DNA of 64,000 bases from positions 313,392 through 377,391 of the forward strand of contig NMRA01000332.1 of NCBI GenBank assembly GCA_002633005.1, given 5' to 3'. The notes under the pieces are model-generated. The model was not told where the DNA came from. It did not search any database and saw nothing but the letters and a program-made list of their open reading frames with translations. This stretch comes from Phoronis australis. Taxonomy: Eukaryota > Animalia > Phoronida. A program made the translations under genes and the position numbers. Below are positions 50,601 to 63,323 of the stretch, in pieces (positions within the stretch are counted from its first letter, which is position 1; each line of letters begins with the position of its first letter).

Positions 50601-52849
50601 AATCACATTTTTTGGGTCATTTATTGGCATCTCAATTTCTTCCGGTGGCCGTAGCATTAGGCAAAAAGACATGGCTTTGTTGAATTTCTTCATGTTTGAG
50701 AAACCCCATAGAGTGTGCTTTCCGAAGGTTACACTTTTTTTCCTGTGTCTTGAGACAGGGTGTATTAGGAGAGCTTCTCTTGACCAAGACCAGTGATAAC
50801 GTCAAACTCATCCAGTTGCCTACGCTCATTCCTTAAAGCACTCTATTTCCTGTACCAACAAAAACAACTGATTCAGTGATTCAAGAAAAGATTTCAGAGT
50901 TTATTGGGGTTGGCCAACCTTGAAATTGCAAAGTCAAAAATGGCACATGTAGTCTCATTCCAGCTGCAACTCAACTTAACGTACTTGGCAACAATTCAAA
51001 ATTGGATTATGGTGGTGACATTTGTAGACCCCAAAGCACTTCAGTTACGAATTCAACATTGACGTCATTTTTCGAAAGGTCATAGTTTGGTAATAAGTTA
51101 AGACTAAACTGGTTTGCCATTTATTTCTTTTCTGAAGAGGCAATACAACTCATAAGGTGGATGTAAGCACACCTGGGTATGCTGAAGCATATGCACTAAA
51201 ATCATTGAATATAAAAACTCCCGATCATGATGGTATTAAACTTACTTGATACTGGCCTTTATTATGACCCAACATTTAGATCATTTAGATATATGAGGGT
51301 ACCACATTTAGATATATGTGGGTACCTTATGCAGTCATCCCTGTCCATCCGTCTGTCTAGCATCCACTGCTCTACAGCCAAAACCCCTTAGATGGATGTT
51401 GGTGAAATTTTGCAGACATGTTCCTATCATGGATGGGACAGCAATCTTTCAGACACACCGGACAACTGCTCTGCTCCCCACAGGAAAGACTAACTTTTTA
51501 CGCTCGTCTCTTTATCTATGTAATAGATAAAGAGAATAATATTCATTACTTGGCCAAGTATGTTGCTCTGACATTAAGTTTCTTTTTTGTTTGTTCGCAC
51601 CACACGGGTCGCAATTTTCACCAGATTAGCACTAAATTTACACACAACCTGTAGTTCCAGAAATAGCGGAAGCCTATTGTTTTTCGTCACGATCGGATCC
51701 AGAATGACGGACGTGGTGGCCATTTTGTTTTTGACTTCAGATTCAAATGCTCGTAGGCCATAATTTTTTATGTACACGGCTGAAAATCGGTACAATTATT
51801 GTACCAGATGTATGCTACAGATATGTCGCTAATAATTCACTTCCAGTCAAAGATGGCAGAAATATTGACAATTGTGAATGCGCATCTCGATTTCGGAACG
51901 AAAACGTTTTGTCCTGTAGAGGGCACACTGTGGCACCAATTGCTTCTAAATTATCCATGTGTTAGTTTCCTGTGACTAGCTATTACCAAGTGCTGCATAA
52001 CCAGCACTTGCTTTCAAGATGGCGGATCTGGCGCATTTTATCGCATTTTCAATTTTGTTGGGGTGCCATTTTGAACGAGAATTGAAAATGACGTGAATTT
52101 TTGCACGTGGATTCTCTGAAGAATACTATTTAAAATGACTTGTAGCAATTTTTTTTCAGACTAAGCGTTTTGAGTTATGTGCCTTTGATTTCCAAAAAAA
52201 TGCAAAATATGAAATTTTTTTGAAGAAAATTTAGAATTTTGCAAAACTAGATTGTTAGATAGTTATGAAGAGGCTTTCAGAAGATGTTTTCCATTTTTCG
52301 CAAGGACATCTACTTTTTAAGGTATTTGAGATTTTCTGAAAACGCTGTTCCTCTGTTCACCGATTGTGCTGCGCTGTAGTTGGTTTACCTCCTAGTTCTA
52401 TTGAACAAGACTGTAGCCTATTTCTTACTGATTTCTGACATCTTCATTCCTCATATGAATGTGATAATCATGTTCATGAACGGTACCACCTTCATCATTG
52501 TCGTCATCATTATCATCCCCATTAAGAACTTTTCAGTTAGTTTCACCAAGTGTCACTCCTCTAAGCGCTTTCATTTATTTATTATTGTAATATTTACAAT
52601 GAGGGAAGCCCAATCAGTTCTCACTGCTTTCCATGGTGCCTTCAGTAAAACCACATAAAGACAGTAAGACAAACAGAATTACAAAATGAAAGACAAGATA
52701 GAAATAATCAAAGATGAATAAGAAACTAACCTGGAAAGACTGATGAAACAAAATAAGTAATAAAAAATAATAAATAGAAGATATTTAAGACCTTTCATAC
52801 TGACTTAACTCCGGTCTGAGCAGAGCGTCCATGAAAACTGCGAAGTTAA

Positions 52850-54180
52850 AGGCGAAGGCAACCTTTTTTCGTGTCATTTTTAGCAAAAATGAGGTTCGTT
52901 GACTATCCCAGAAATATTTTTCACTTATTTACTGCTTTTCGTAATTTAATTAATTACTTGTCGTCTACTCTGGAAGTGACGTTTTGGGAGGCAAGAATTT
53001 CACGCCAGTTTCTGTTCATATAGTCTGACTGTGAGAGCAGTTGAGTCAGTCATTGTTCTACCTCGGTTGTGATAAGTTCAGTTGTCATTTGCTTTTGCTT
53101 ACGAGTCAGCCAACATGCCACGCTGTTGCTGCGTACTGGGGTGTACTCATTATCGTCTCACGTACAGAGGAAGAACTGTCACACTTGCCAGAGTGTCCCG
53201 CGACACACTCCCACTAGAGGGTGATCTGAGCACCCAAACTGCTTAGATCCCGCCGTGTGTCTCCCTCGCCACACACCTGCCACCTTCTAAATAGCTCCAA
53301 TACAAGTCCACAATAAACTTATCAAACTTAGGCTCATCGATCTGTTCATTGGATGACGAACTGTCCTCTTAACTGGGTGTCGAACTGGGCCTGTATTCGC
53401 TCCCACTACACAACATCACTGCAGGGCTACTTACAGGCTGTGGGCTAGAGACAACAGCACAGGGCGAATCACTGCTAAGTCCCGGAATTGCACGCAATGG
53501 GGCACGTTCGGAGGCACGGGTGACAGTAGATGAAGTGCCTCCAGTCACTGTATATAGTGGCCACAGCTCGCGAGGCTTCTCGCTTCAAAAACGCACTTCT
53601 CCGGGTTGGCGACAGGGCACTGCCGGGAATCAACACCGATGGTATGGTACCCTTCTTCAGGCGTTGTTTCGCAGGGACCTTCATTAATTCAGCGCACATA
53701 TTTGTCTTAATCTGACGGCAGAAAATGCTTGCCACACACTCGGTAACCCTCCACTGCTCTGTACGTTGCGTGGACGGGTAGCGCTGCATTCTTCACATGA
53801 ACAAGCTAGCCAAATACGGCGAAGTGTGTCATCCTTCGGAAAGCAAAGCAAGGTACCCAAAGTGCGTGTGAGATGATAATGAGTACATCCTGGCACGCAG
53901 CAACAGCGTGGCATGTTGACTGACTTGTAAACAAAAGCAAACGACGACCGAACTTATCACAACCGAGGTAGAACAATGACTGACTCGACAGCCCTCACAG
54001 TCAGACTATAATGAAAAGAAATTGGCGCGAAACTCTTGCCTCCCAAAACGTCACTTCCAGAGTAGAGGACGAGAAATTAATCAAATTACGAAAAACTGTA
54101 ATTAAGTGAAAAATGTGTCTGGGATAATCAATGAACCTTATTTTTGCTAAAAGTGACATGAAAAAAGGTTGCCTTCACCT
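52850..54180. mobile_element. Kolobok-like element with ~310-bp inverted arms
   Basis: TTAA duplication; TIR aggcgaaggcaacc...ggttgccttcacct; arms 52850-53162 and 53868-54180. Confidence 0.85.
53475..53914 (-). pseudogene. Frameshifted THAP domain inside the Kolobok-like element
   Basis: MPRCCCVPGC...FPKDDTLRRIWL / RVCGKHF / RLKKGTIPSV lie across three frames. Confidence 0.8.
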
Positions 54181-55609
54181 TTAACTAAACCATTCATACT
54201 GGCTTCGATAGACATCGAAGTAAATGGTAGGTGACGTTGTCATCAAAATTATCGCAAGGTAGCGCTGCACGCTAACATTTTTTAAATGCGACAATTTGGG
54301 AACATTTACATGAGCTAATTGACATAAAACTATTTTTAATTCGATTGGTGATTATTTGAGCATAATATAATAACTATTAGCGACTACACTACCCTTTTAA
54401 TTTGTTGACGATAACAATGGCACTTGGCGATAACTTCGATGAGATAGAAGTCGACTGTTCATACTGCACTCGATCCAGGACCGAAGTTTATGGTTCATAT
54501 TGACCGCAACTCCCAAACATCACCAGAAATTCGTGAACTAGGCCATCCGCAAGGTGGCGATCGTCGTGTGAGTGTTTGCCAATCACAGTCTAGGTCAGAG
54601 GTCAGTTCCCTTGTTTTGCGTTCATTTACACTCATGAAGGAGATGATCGACAAGAATTGAAATTAACTTAAAAGTTTGGTGGAATCTGATATTGATATCA
54701 CACAATCTAAACTACCGAAGCACGTCGAGACTGTGGGCGAGGAATTTCGGCAAGCTGAACGTGTCATAGCCTGAGGAAAATCGAAAACAGTGAGTATAAA
54801 CATGCCAGGCATAGCTGGTGTAGCACAGCTCAGCTGATTCAGTGACTGACCAACCGAGTTGTTGCTGCACACAATTACTTAATATGATTTTACTGTCGAA
54901 TTATTATTAACTATTTTATAGTTGCAATGGTCTGTGAAATGTGTTTTAATATAGCCTGATTACGTCTGTTACACTTTCCCACTCAACAAATTCATTTCTG
55001 CAGGTATGTACTATTAAACTTGCAACACAAGCACAGCTGTCTGACCTCAGTCCTCAGGCTTAAATTAGTAGTGTCTTTAGGTTTAGCATTATGGCATTAT
55101 GCTGCAAAACAAATTAATTTCCATTCAGACTAACAAAATGCCGATGTGGTTGATTTATTCGATAAATCTGGAGATTCTGCTGCTGATACATTGCTTTTAT
55201 TTTTAGGTTGGCTGGACCTTTTGCTTACATAATTCGCCAGAGAGACTGCAGTTGGGAACCAGAGTGCCTTTAACACCAGACTTTGCCCCTCTGTACACCA
55301 AGCTATTGCTCCCTCTCAAAATCAAGAGGCGGTCACAAAGAGCACTTTTCTGGCTATTATATGAACTCCTGTTTCTGTTGCTGGAAAGTCCATTCTATAT
55401 TATTTACTGTTTTGAAACCAAACTTTACGCTGCATAAGTGGATTTAGGCTTCCCTTTCGCACACGATAAAAATGGCATTGACATGTCGTTTTCAGGTCCT
55501 GAAATCCTTAGCCATTTCTGATACCTACTACTGATTCAGGAATGATAAAATTTTGTTCCATATTATTTATCTGTACACTCACCAGCACAGTCTGTTTTGA
55601 AACCAAACG

Positions 55610-55969
55610 CAGGGGCGGATCCAGGTTTTTTAAAAAAGGAGTCCAAGTCAACAATTCGAAAATTCTATATTTTACATAACCAAAATCAAGGGAAAAAGGG
55701 ATCCGAAACCCTTTGACCCCCCTGGATCCGCCTATCAGACTGTGATGGTACCCTGCATAGATGGATATAGGGGGGCCCGAAGGGGCCCAGGGCTTCCTCA
55801 TTCTGCACACAATAAAAAATGGCGCCCACCTTTCGTTTTCAGGGATCTCACGAGGGTTTGTCCTACAAAAATTGACGTCATGCCCCTCGCAAGGCTGTTA
55901 TGAAGGTTAATATCCTTCGAAAATTGAGGTCGGGGCCCCCATCATCTGAATTCCATGGATCCGTCTATG
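55610..55969. mobile_element. Two small adjacent hAT-like MITEs (55610-55736 and 55756-55969)
   Basis: TIRs caggggcggatccagg/cctggatccgcctat and catagatggat/atccgtctatg. Confidence 0.5.
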
Positions 55970-56820
55970 GGTATGAGTTCTTTTTTTGATAAATGTGATA
56001 CCTTCAACACAGCATAAATTAAAATCAGTAATATAATGTTAAAAAGAACTAGTACAACCTTAACCTGGCAGCGTCTCATGAAGTGCTCCATGTGCAATAA
56101 TTTCAGAATTCATTATTTTAGCAAAATACATGACCCGACTGCTTCTTGTTGCACTACTGGGAATTAACATAATCATTCCCGGCTAAATCTTCCTCATTAG
56201 AGCTTGCAAATCGTACTACAGACCACGAAACTTAAAGTGACTGCTTTTTACATTTCTGGCCGCGAAGCCGTTTTCAACACCTTGTTGGACACCGTTTTTT
56301 TTTCAGAAAATTCGTTCGAAAACAGCATTTGTGATATCTAAGTCACACTGTTCGTGACCTCCGCTACCGGCAAACAAGGGAACTGAATTATACTCTCCAC
56401 AGATTTGATTTGAAAATGGGTTTGGGCTCAAATATTGCCTTCCGGGCGACTGGCTGTGACCATCAACATGGGCAAACTTCAAACTTCAATGGACACCGAA
56501 AAATCTTCACCAATCTTTCCAATATTCAGCATAATGAATCCTTAGATCTACGTTTTTCTCGCTAGCTATCGGCAAATTGCAGAATTGTCTCCCCTAAATC
56601 AAAATTCCTCGGAAAAACCCTTCTTGTGTGTATTTCTGTGGGGGAATAGTTAGCTGCTGGCTGCGCATGCGCACTGCCTTTGTCAGATATTTCTGGCGTT
56701 GAAAACATTAACGCCTCGATGTAAGTATGAAAGCCCCTAAAAGTATATGATTAAATAAAAATATAAGTAATTAATAAAACAGGCAATCAATAATAATTAA
56801 TAAAAGATTACGTACATCTA

Positions 56821-56828
56821 CACACGCA

Positions 56829-56860
<32 letters not shown>

Positions 56861-56866
56861 CACACA
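56821..56866. repeat. (CACG)n(CA)n microsatellite
   Basis: Direct reading. Confidence 0.9.
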
Positions 56867-57847
56867 TATAGGTTTTCCCACATAAACAGGAATACTACTG
56901 CCATATCCTATGGAGAATTCATTTCATCTGGGAATATCCCGACCAGACCGAAATCCCATCTCTTTGAACTTATTTGCATCATCCTGGCAATACCTTGTTG
57001 CCATGTGCCCCAGCTTGTTGTTATATGAGGTCATATGTATGCCAAGTATAGTACCCATTAGCCAGTTATGGGACAAGACAATCTGAGAAAGTGTTGAATA
57101 ACTAGTAAAGTTTTATTTCATAACAAATTGACCAGAATTTTCAGTAAGTGAAATATAATATTACAAGCACTGAATCATTCAATAATCTCAAGTTTGTCAG
57201 AAACTAAAAAACAATCCATCTGGGAAGATAAAAATTGAACCATTTCCTGAACCAAGTTGTGTGCAGCAGTGTGCCGTTTTAGCTAGTGAATTTCAAAGTT
57301 TCCTTGGTCTATATTCGTGTCTTAGCTTCTGGATTACAAATATTTACGGATACATTTCCCCACTTGATCATGTAGCATTGGAAAACAACAGAGGAAACTG
57401 TGCTGATTTGCAGAATTTGAGGTAAGGACTGTATCGCAAAAAACAGATTTTACGTTACGAGTCGACCAGCAGCGACGGAGAGTTAAATGCTGCGAGCAGA
57501 CGATCGTCGCAGCAAAAAACACATACTATATATTAGGTCGCAATTTCCTGTAAAGACCTTAGCTCTCAGTGCATATATACTACATGCATGATTTAGGTAA
57601 CCCAAATGTACGACCTCAATCAAATTTGGCCTTGCACACGCGAATTTACTAGACAAGGAGACTGCTGACCAACTGTGAAATACGGCTTCTACCATTGTAT
57701 ACGGACTGGCTCTACTTTCCCATATTTCACAGTTATTAACTTGACGTATACAACAACCATATTTTCACATATACACATACATGCATGCATACACACATAC
57801 ATACATACATACATGCATACATACATACATTCATACATGCATACATA

Positions 57848-58617
57848 CTGTACTTCGGGAGCAAGTTTTCGGTTATACAGAATTTGTTAAATGCACGAGA
57901 CTTTTTATTGTTCAGTCTTTATTCCGTTACGTTCGTACTTTCGGAACAAAACTCTACTCTCAACTGAACATAAATACAGTAACTGACCTAGCGACATGAT
58001 CAAAAGACACACGATATTTCAAAACGTACTTGTTTCATTCTCAAGTGAAGATAAAATGACTCAGTAATGCCACCACAGAGTATAAGCTGACGACACACAG
58101 TGAGACACGGCGAGTGTGAAATACTGCAAAGAATGACTAATGAAGGGGGGTAACAGGAAAGTCACACAAACAAGTGTAACGTGTGGCGCAACCCTGTTTG
58201 CTGCTCATTCAAAACAGGCTTCTCAAATGAAATTAAAAGGGACTCTAATACTTTCAAACGCAGCACATCTTGCTCCACGTAGCGAATTGACGTGTTTTCC
58301 ACAGTTTCTTGATGGGTGATTTTACGTGCGTAGCATTGCAGAAAATGATCTTGAATGGCGCCATTTTGAAGATGCATGGATAACCGACGGGAAAGACTGC
58401 AAACCGTTTGACCAATGTAACATTGTTTGACGTTTGAACGAAGACATTCGTTCATAGGGCATACAAACTCATGAACAACACTACACTGTGCAACAGGGGG
58501 GACTTTCGCTTTAGAAATGTTAATTTTTAAAGCCCAAGCTGGAGGACTTCCTATTCCGATAATAAATAATAACATCAGGCTTACAAACCTTAACATTGCA
58601 TTTAACAAATTCTGCAT
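57848..58617 (-). mobile_element. 5'-truncated Penelope-like retroelement (GIY-YIG endonuclease end + pLTR), inserted in a (TACA)n tract
   Basis: ORF 58162-58617 contains VVHEFVCPMNEC...YIGQT..LSRRLSMHLQNGAI..H...LESLLI....PVLNEQ. A short inverted pLTR fragment lies at about 58597-58614, and a hammerhead motif in the 3' region. Confidence 0.88.
58010..58047 (-). ncRNA. Minimal type-I hammerhead ribozyme (U3-A8 variant) in the Penelope pLTR
   Basis: cac-UUGAGAA-u-gaaac(aaguac)guuuu-GAA-AUAU-C-gug: 3-bp stem I, stem II, palindromic AUAU in place of helix III, AUC cleavage triplet. Confidence 0.7.
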
Positions 58618-59703
58618 ACAAACATATATACATTAATACATAAACTTTTGTATGCCACTTGTATGGGTTCACAAAGATGTATATCACCACATTACTTTTA
58701 ATGGTCTATTCCTAAAGGTTACTGCTTGTGCGTTTTCATACGATTTTAGGTTTGTGCTCAGACTGATAAACATTATCAGTCGGTATCAGGTTTGGAACAG
58801 TTTCACAAATTTGTATGAAGCTTGAGATGTGTGACCTATTGATTACAACCGGACAAGTAAGTGAATACATCAATACAACCCTCTTTTCTCAAATGTGTGG
58901 CAAAATCTTAAAAAAGGAGCCAAGTTGGCAAAAGTTTACTTTAATGCATAAAATACCAAGAAAAAAAGGCTGGCATTCATGATCTTATAATTAAGGACTA
59001 ACAAATATTTCCAAGACTAAAAGCGAAAATTCAATGGCATTTCAAGGACAGAACTGAACGCAAGGACTACTGGAAGTCAAGGCTCTAAATTCAATGGCTT
59101 TACAAGACCCTCCACCCAGCAGCCAGACCAAGCCAGAATCCCATGACAGCTATCACAATTGATTGGCAATTGAGAGATAAGGCACCTACTACAGGTTGTT
59201 GAGATAGGGNACAGAGGAAACTGTGCTGATTTGCAGAATTTGAGGTAAGGACTGTATCGCAAAAAACATATTTTACGTTACGAGTCGACCAGCAGCGACG
59301 GAGAGTTAAATGCTGCGAGCAGACGATCGTCGCAGCAAAAAACACATACTATATATCAGGTCGCAATTTCCTGTAAAGACCTTAGCTCTCAGTGCACATA
59401 TACTACATGCATGATATAGGTAACCCAAATGTACGACCTCAATCAAATTAAGCCTTGCACACGCAAATTTACTCGACAAGGAGACTGCTAACCAACTGTG
59501 AAATACGGCTTCTACCATTGTATACGGACTGGCTCTACTTTCCCATATTTCACAGTTATTAACTTGACGTATACAACAACCATATTTTCACATATACACA
59601 TACATGCATGCATACATACATACATACATGCATGCATGCATACATACATGTACATACCTACATGCATACATGCATACATACACACATTCATACATGCATA
59701 CAT

Positions 59704-60478
59704 ACTGTACTTAGGGAGCAAGTTTTCGGTTATACAGAATTTGTTAAATGCACGAGACTTTTCATTGTTCACAATCTTTATTCCGTTACGTTCGTACTTT
59801 CGGAACAAAACTCTACTCTCAACTGAACATAAATACAGTAACTGACCTAGCGACATAATCAAAAGACACACGATATTTCAAAACGTAGTTGTTTCATTCT
59901 CAAGTGAAGATAAAATGACTCAGTAATGCCACCACAGAGTATAAGCTGACGACACACACAGTGAGACACGGGGAGTGTGAAATACTGCAAAGAATGACTA
60001 ATGAAGGGGGGTAACAGGAAAGTCACACAAACAAGTGTAACGTGTGACGCAACCCTGTTTGCTGCTCATTCAAAACAGGCTTCTCAAATGCAATTAAAAG
60101 GGACTCTAATACTTTCAAACGCAGCACATCTTGCTCCACGTAGCGAATTGACGTGTTTTCCACAGTTTCTTGATGGGTGATTTTACGTGCGTGGCATTGC
60201 AGAAAATGATCTTGAATGGCGCCATTTTGAAGATGCATGGATAACCGACGGGAAAGACTGCAAACCGTTTGACCAATGTAACATTGTTTAACGTTTGAAC
60301 GAAGACATTCGTTCATAGGGCATACAAACTCATGAACAACACTACACTGTGCAACAGGGGGGACTTTCGCTTTAGAAATGTTAATTTTTAAAGCCCAAGT
60401 TGGAGGACTTCCTATTCCGATAATAAATAATAACATCAGGTTTACAAACCTTAACATTGCATTTAACAAATTCTGCAT
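59704..60478 (-). mobile_element. Second (duplicated/allelic) copy of the truncated Penelope-like element
   Basis: ORF 60023-60478 differs from 58162-58617 at only a few residues. Confidence 0.85.
59869..59906 (-). ncRNA. Duplicate minimal hammerhead ribozyme
   Basis: Identical core; the only difference is in the stem II loop (aacuac). Confidence 0.7.
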
Positions 60479-61310
60479 ACAAACATATATACATTAATAC
60501 ATAAACTTTTGTATGCCACTTGTATGGGTTCACAAAGATGTATATCACCACATTAATTTTAATGATCTATTCCTAAAGGTTACTGCTTGTGCGTTTTCAT
60601 ACGATTTTAGGTTTGTGCTCAGACTGATAAACATTATCAGTCGGTATCAGGTTTGGAACAGTTTCACAAATTTGTATGAAGCTTGAGATGTGTGACCTAT
60701 TGATTACAACCGGACAAGTAAGTGAATACATCAATACAACCCTCTTTTCTCAAATGTGTGGCAAAATCTTAAAAAAGGAGCCAAGTTGGCAAAAGTTTAC
60801 TTTAATGCATAAAATACCAAGAAAAAAAGGCTGGCATTCATGATCTTATAATTAAGGACTAACAAATATTTCCAAGACTAAAAGCGAAAATTCAATGGTA
60901 TTTCAAGGACAGAACTGAACGCAAGGACTACTGGAAGTCAAGGCTCTAAATTCAATGGCTTTACAAGACCCTCCACCCAGCAGCCAGACCAAGCCAGAAT
61001 CCCATGACAGCTATCACAATTGATTGGCAATTGAGAGATAAGGCACCTACTACAGGTTGTTGAGATAGGGGACACAGAGCAAGTTTTCGCTGGATTTTTC
61101 CTAGCACAACACGTATCAATGTACTTGTCACCTTTTCTTCATTCTGTTGAAAACTGTAGGCAAATAATGAAAAGTTATTTCACATCAGACAAGCACAGAA
61201 ACTTAATTACGTCTTCTATTTGTACCCCTTTCATTCCAACTGAAAAACAACATAGGCTGAGAAAAAAGGGGCAAAAACACAAAATTGGCACTTTTCATAA
61301 CAAAACCAAC

Positions 61311-61432
61311 TCCCTGCTGATGCGCGACATAAGATTCTGAAACCAATGTCCTACAGATTTCAAAGATGTGGTCCAAAAGTGCTGTAAATCAACTAGTTCC
61401 TTTTTTGCAATTCTTGCTTGTTTGAGTTTCAC
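61311..61432 (-). CDS. Candidate internal coding exon of an unidentified upstream ORF (VKLKQARIAKKELVDLQHFWTTSLKSVGHWFQNLMSRISR)
   Basis: Acceptor gatttcag|GTG, 122 nt open, donor GA|gttggt (phase 2), protein-like composition, non-repetitive context. No family recognised. Confidence 0.4.
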
Positions 61433-62739
61433 CTGAAATCATAGCCAGTTGCTACTTATGCACTAATGCAACATGGGGCCCGCTATCTTCAAGAGGAACA
61501 CAGTTGAACAAGTGATCTTTTCTCCTTCCCAACATGTTCACAAATACAAACAAACCTGATTCACTGAGCCTACATGCAACACCTAACTGCCTGCAAGCCT
61601 GGCCTAGCTAGCCCTCAGAAAATTTATCTTTTTGGGACTGCAAATTGGCCATGGCAGCACTACAGTTGGGCTGCAGCCTAACTGTCCAGTGTCACCCACG
61701 TAGTTATCATTTACTGCATAAGCCAACACTGGGTGTTTTTCTGTTCTAAGCTACAGACATCTCTTGTAAGAATAGGTTATCACTGCTACCTCATACCCAA
61801 TCTGACTAATCACCCATTTCACAAACTTAACAAAGTTCACTGCCAGATTCACTCAGATGGGTCTACAAAAGATTCATTTTGTGCATATGTCATTGTAAGT
61901 GATTTTCAAAATATGCTTTTCTCAATTTCAATTCAATGTATTTTCATTTCATAAGGTATACAAGTCATATTTTGAAAAAACAATTATTGCAAGCCAAAGA
62001 AACCTAAACGAAAGGGCAACTTTCATGGACGGTCAAAATAAATGAAGTTGTCCCCTTTTCTAATAGAGGTGGCATTGATCATGCCGACTTTCAAAAAGGA
62101 TGGGTATCCTAAATTTTCAGATGTTAAAATAGCGGAGTGCTTCCCCAACTAGTACATGAGCATCTATCTAAACTGGGTAACAGAGTGCATAAGTTTTCAA
62201 CTGGTGGAAATTGTCAGCTTCACAAAGAGTAAATTCCAAAAAATGGCCATCACGGTGCCATCTTGTATGCAATTTTAACCTAAAACAATAGGCCTAGAAC
62301 TTTTACTGATTTACATGTTACATGCAAATTTTGTTGATTGAACAAGAAGTGACCAGCAGCATGTAGTACAAAAAAAATCCACAAATAAGACGAAATTTCA
62401 TTTTGCCAGGATATAGTTGTACAGAACTCTTACTTTAAAAAGCACGGTTTTCACTGTTCAGCAGTCACAAAAAAACACACACGGAGTCATGAAGCAAGCT
62501 GCCCTGTCTTGACACAAGAGCAGAGCAAAGCATTGAAATGTGTCAGTGACTGCAATAAAAATGGTATGCTTCTAGGGTTGTTTATTAGAAACAGATTATT
62601 GAAATAAAAAGGCCACCTGGGGGCGCAGCATAAGTCAAATCATTCTGAAACCACAGGCGTCCTCAGCTTCAGATTGTCCCCAATACACTATGTATGTACG
62701 GACGTACGTACGTATGTATGTGTATATATGTCTATACTA

Positions 62740-63323
62740 CAAGGTATGACACTCGGGACTAGAAATTCCACGGGTGCTTCACTTCAGCAGTCCATATCAA
62801 ACACAAAACTCCATAAATTTACACAAAACAGGGGTTCAACAAACCATGAGCAATAGTTCTTTCTTCTAATACCATTTACGGTGTCCTGCTCCAACGAGTT
62901 CGCAACAAATTTGCAGTCAAATTATAAAAATCTTCACAAAAAGCCCATGCGTACTAACTACTATGTCCCACGCGAGTCGGTTCAAGGTCAAGTACGGTAC
63001 GGAATTATGCGATGAGTTACGGATAGGCAGCAATTGCCGGTTCATCACGAAAGGTAACGAAATGGTCTGGCTAACTGTGGAGTTATCGATATCGTGACTT
63101 TCCTTGACAAATCGACAATTTCCATGGGACAAAGTAGTCAGTATGCATGGGCTTTTTGGGAACATTTGTGTGCTTTGACCGCGAATTTGTTGCGAACTTG
63201 CTGGAGCAGGACACCGTAAATGATAGAACAACAATTTTGTGTACATTTAATGAGTTTTGTGTTTGATATGGACGGCTGAAGTGAAGCACCCAGGGAATTT
63301 CAAGTCCTGAGTGTCATACCTTG
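62740..63323. mobile_element. Mariner-like MITE with long inverted arms
   Basis: TA duplication; TIR caaggtatgacactc...gagtgtcataccttg; the arms stay complementary for about 200 bp. Confidence 0.8.

Larger units (their letters stand above)
57388..61070. repeat. Apparent tandem duplication (57388-59209 / 59211-61070) joined by a single n
   Basis: The two units differ by scattered SNPs and microsatellite length; the junction is exactly the n at 59210. Confidence 0.9.

Noticed and set aside
57848-58161. SECIS element in the Penelope-like 3' region (some Naiad elements encode selenoproteins)
   Set aside because: No in-frame TGA in the visible ORF and no convincing AUGA/AA/GA stem by eye.
57675-59871. 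His/Thr/Tyr/Ile- and Met/Tyr/Val/Cys-rich ORFs
   Set aside because: Translations of the (TACA)n/(TGCA)n microsatellite.
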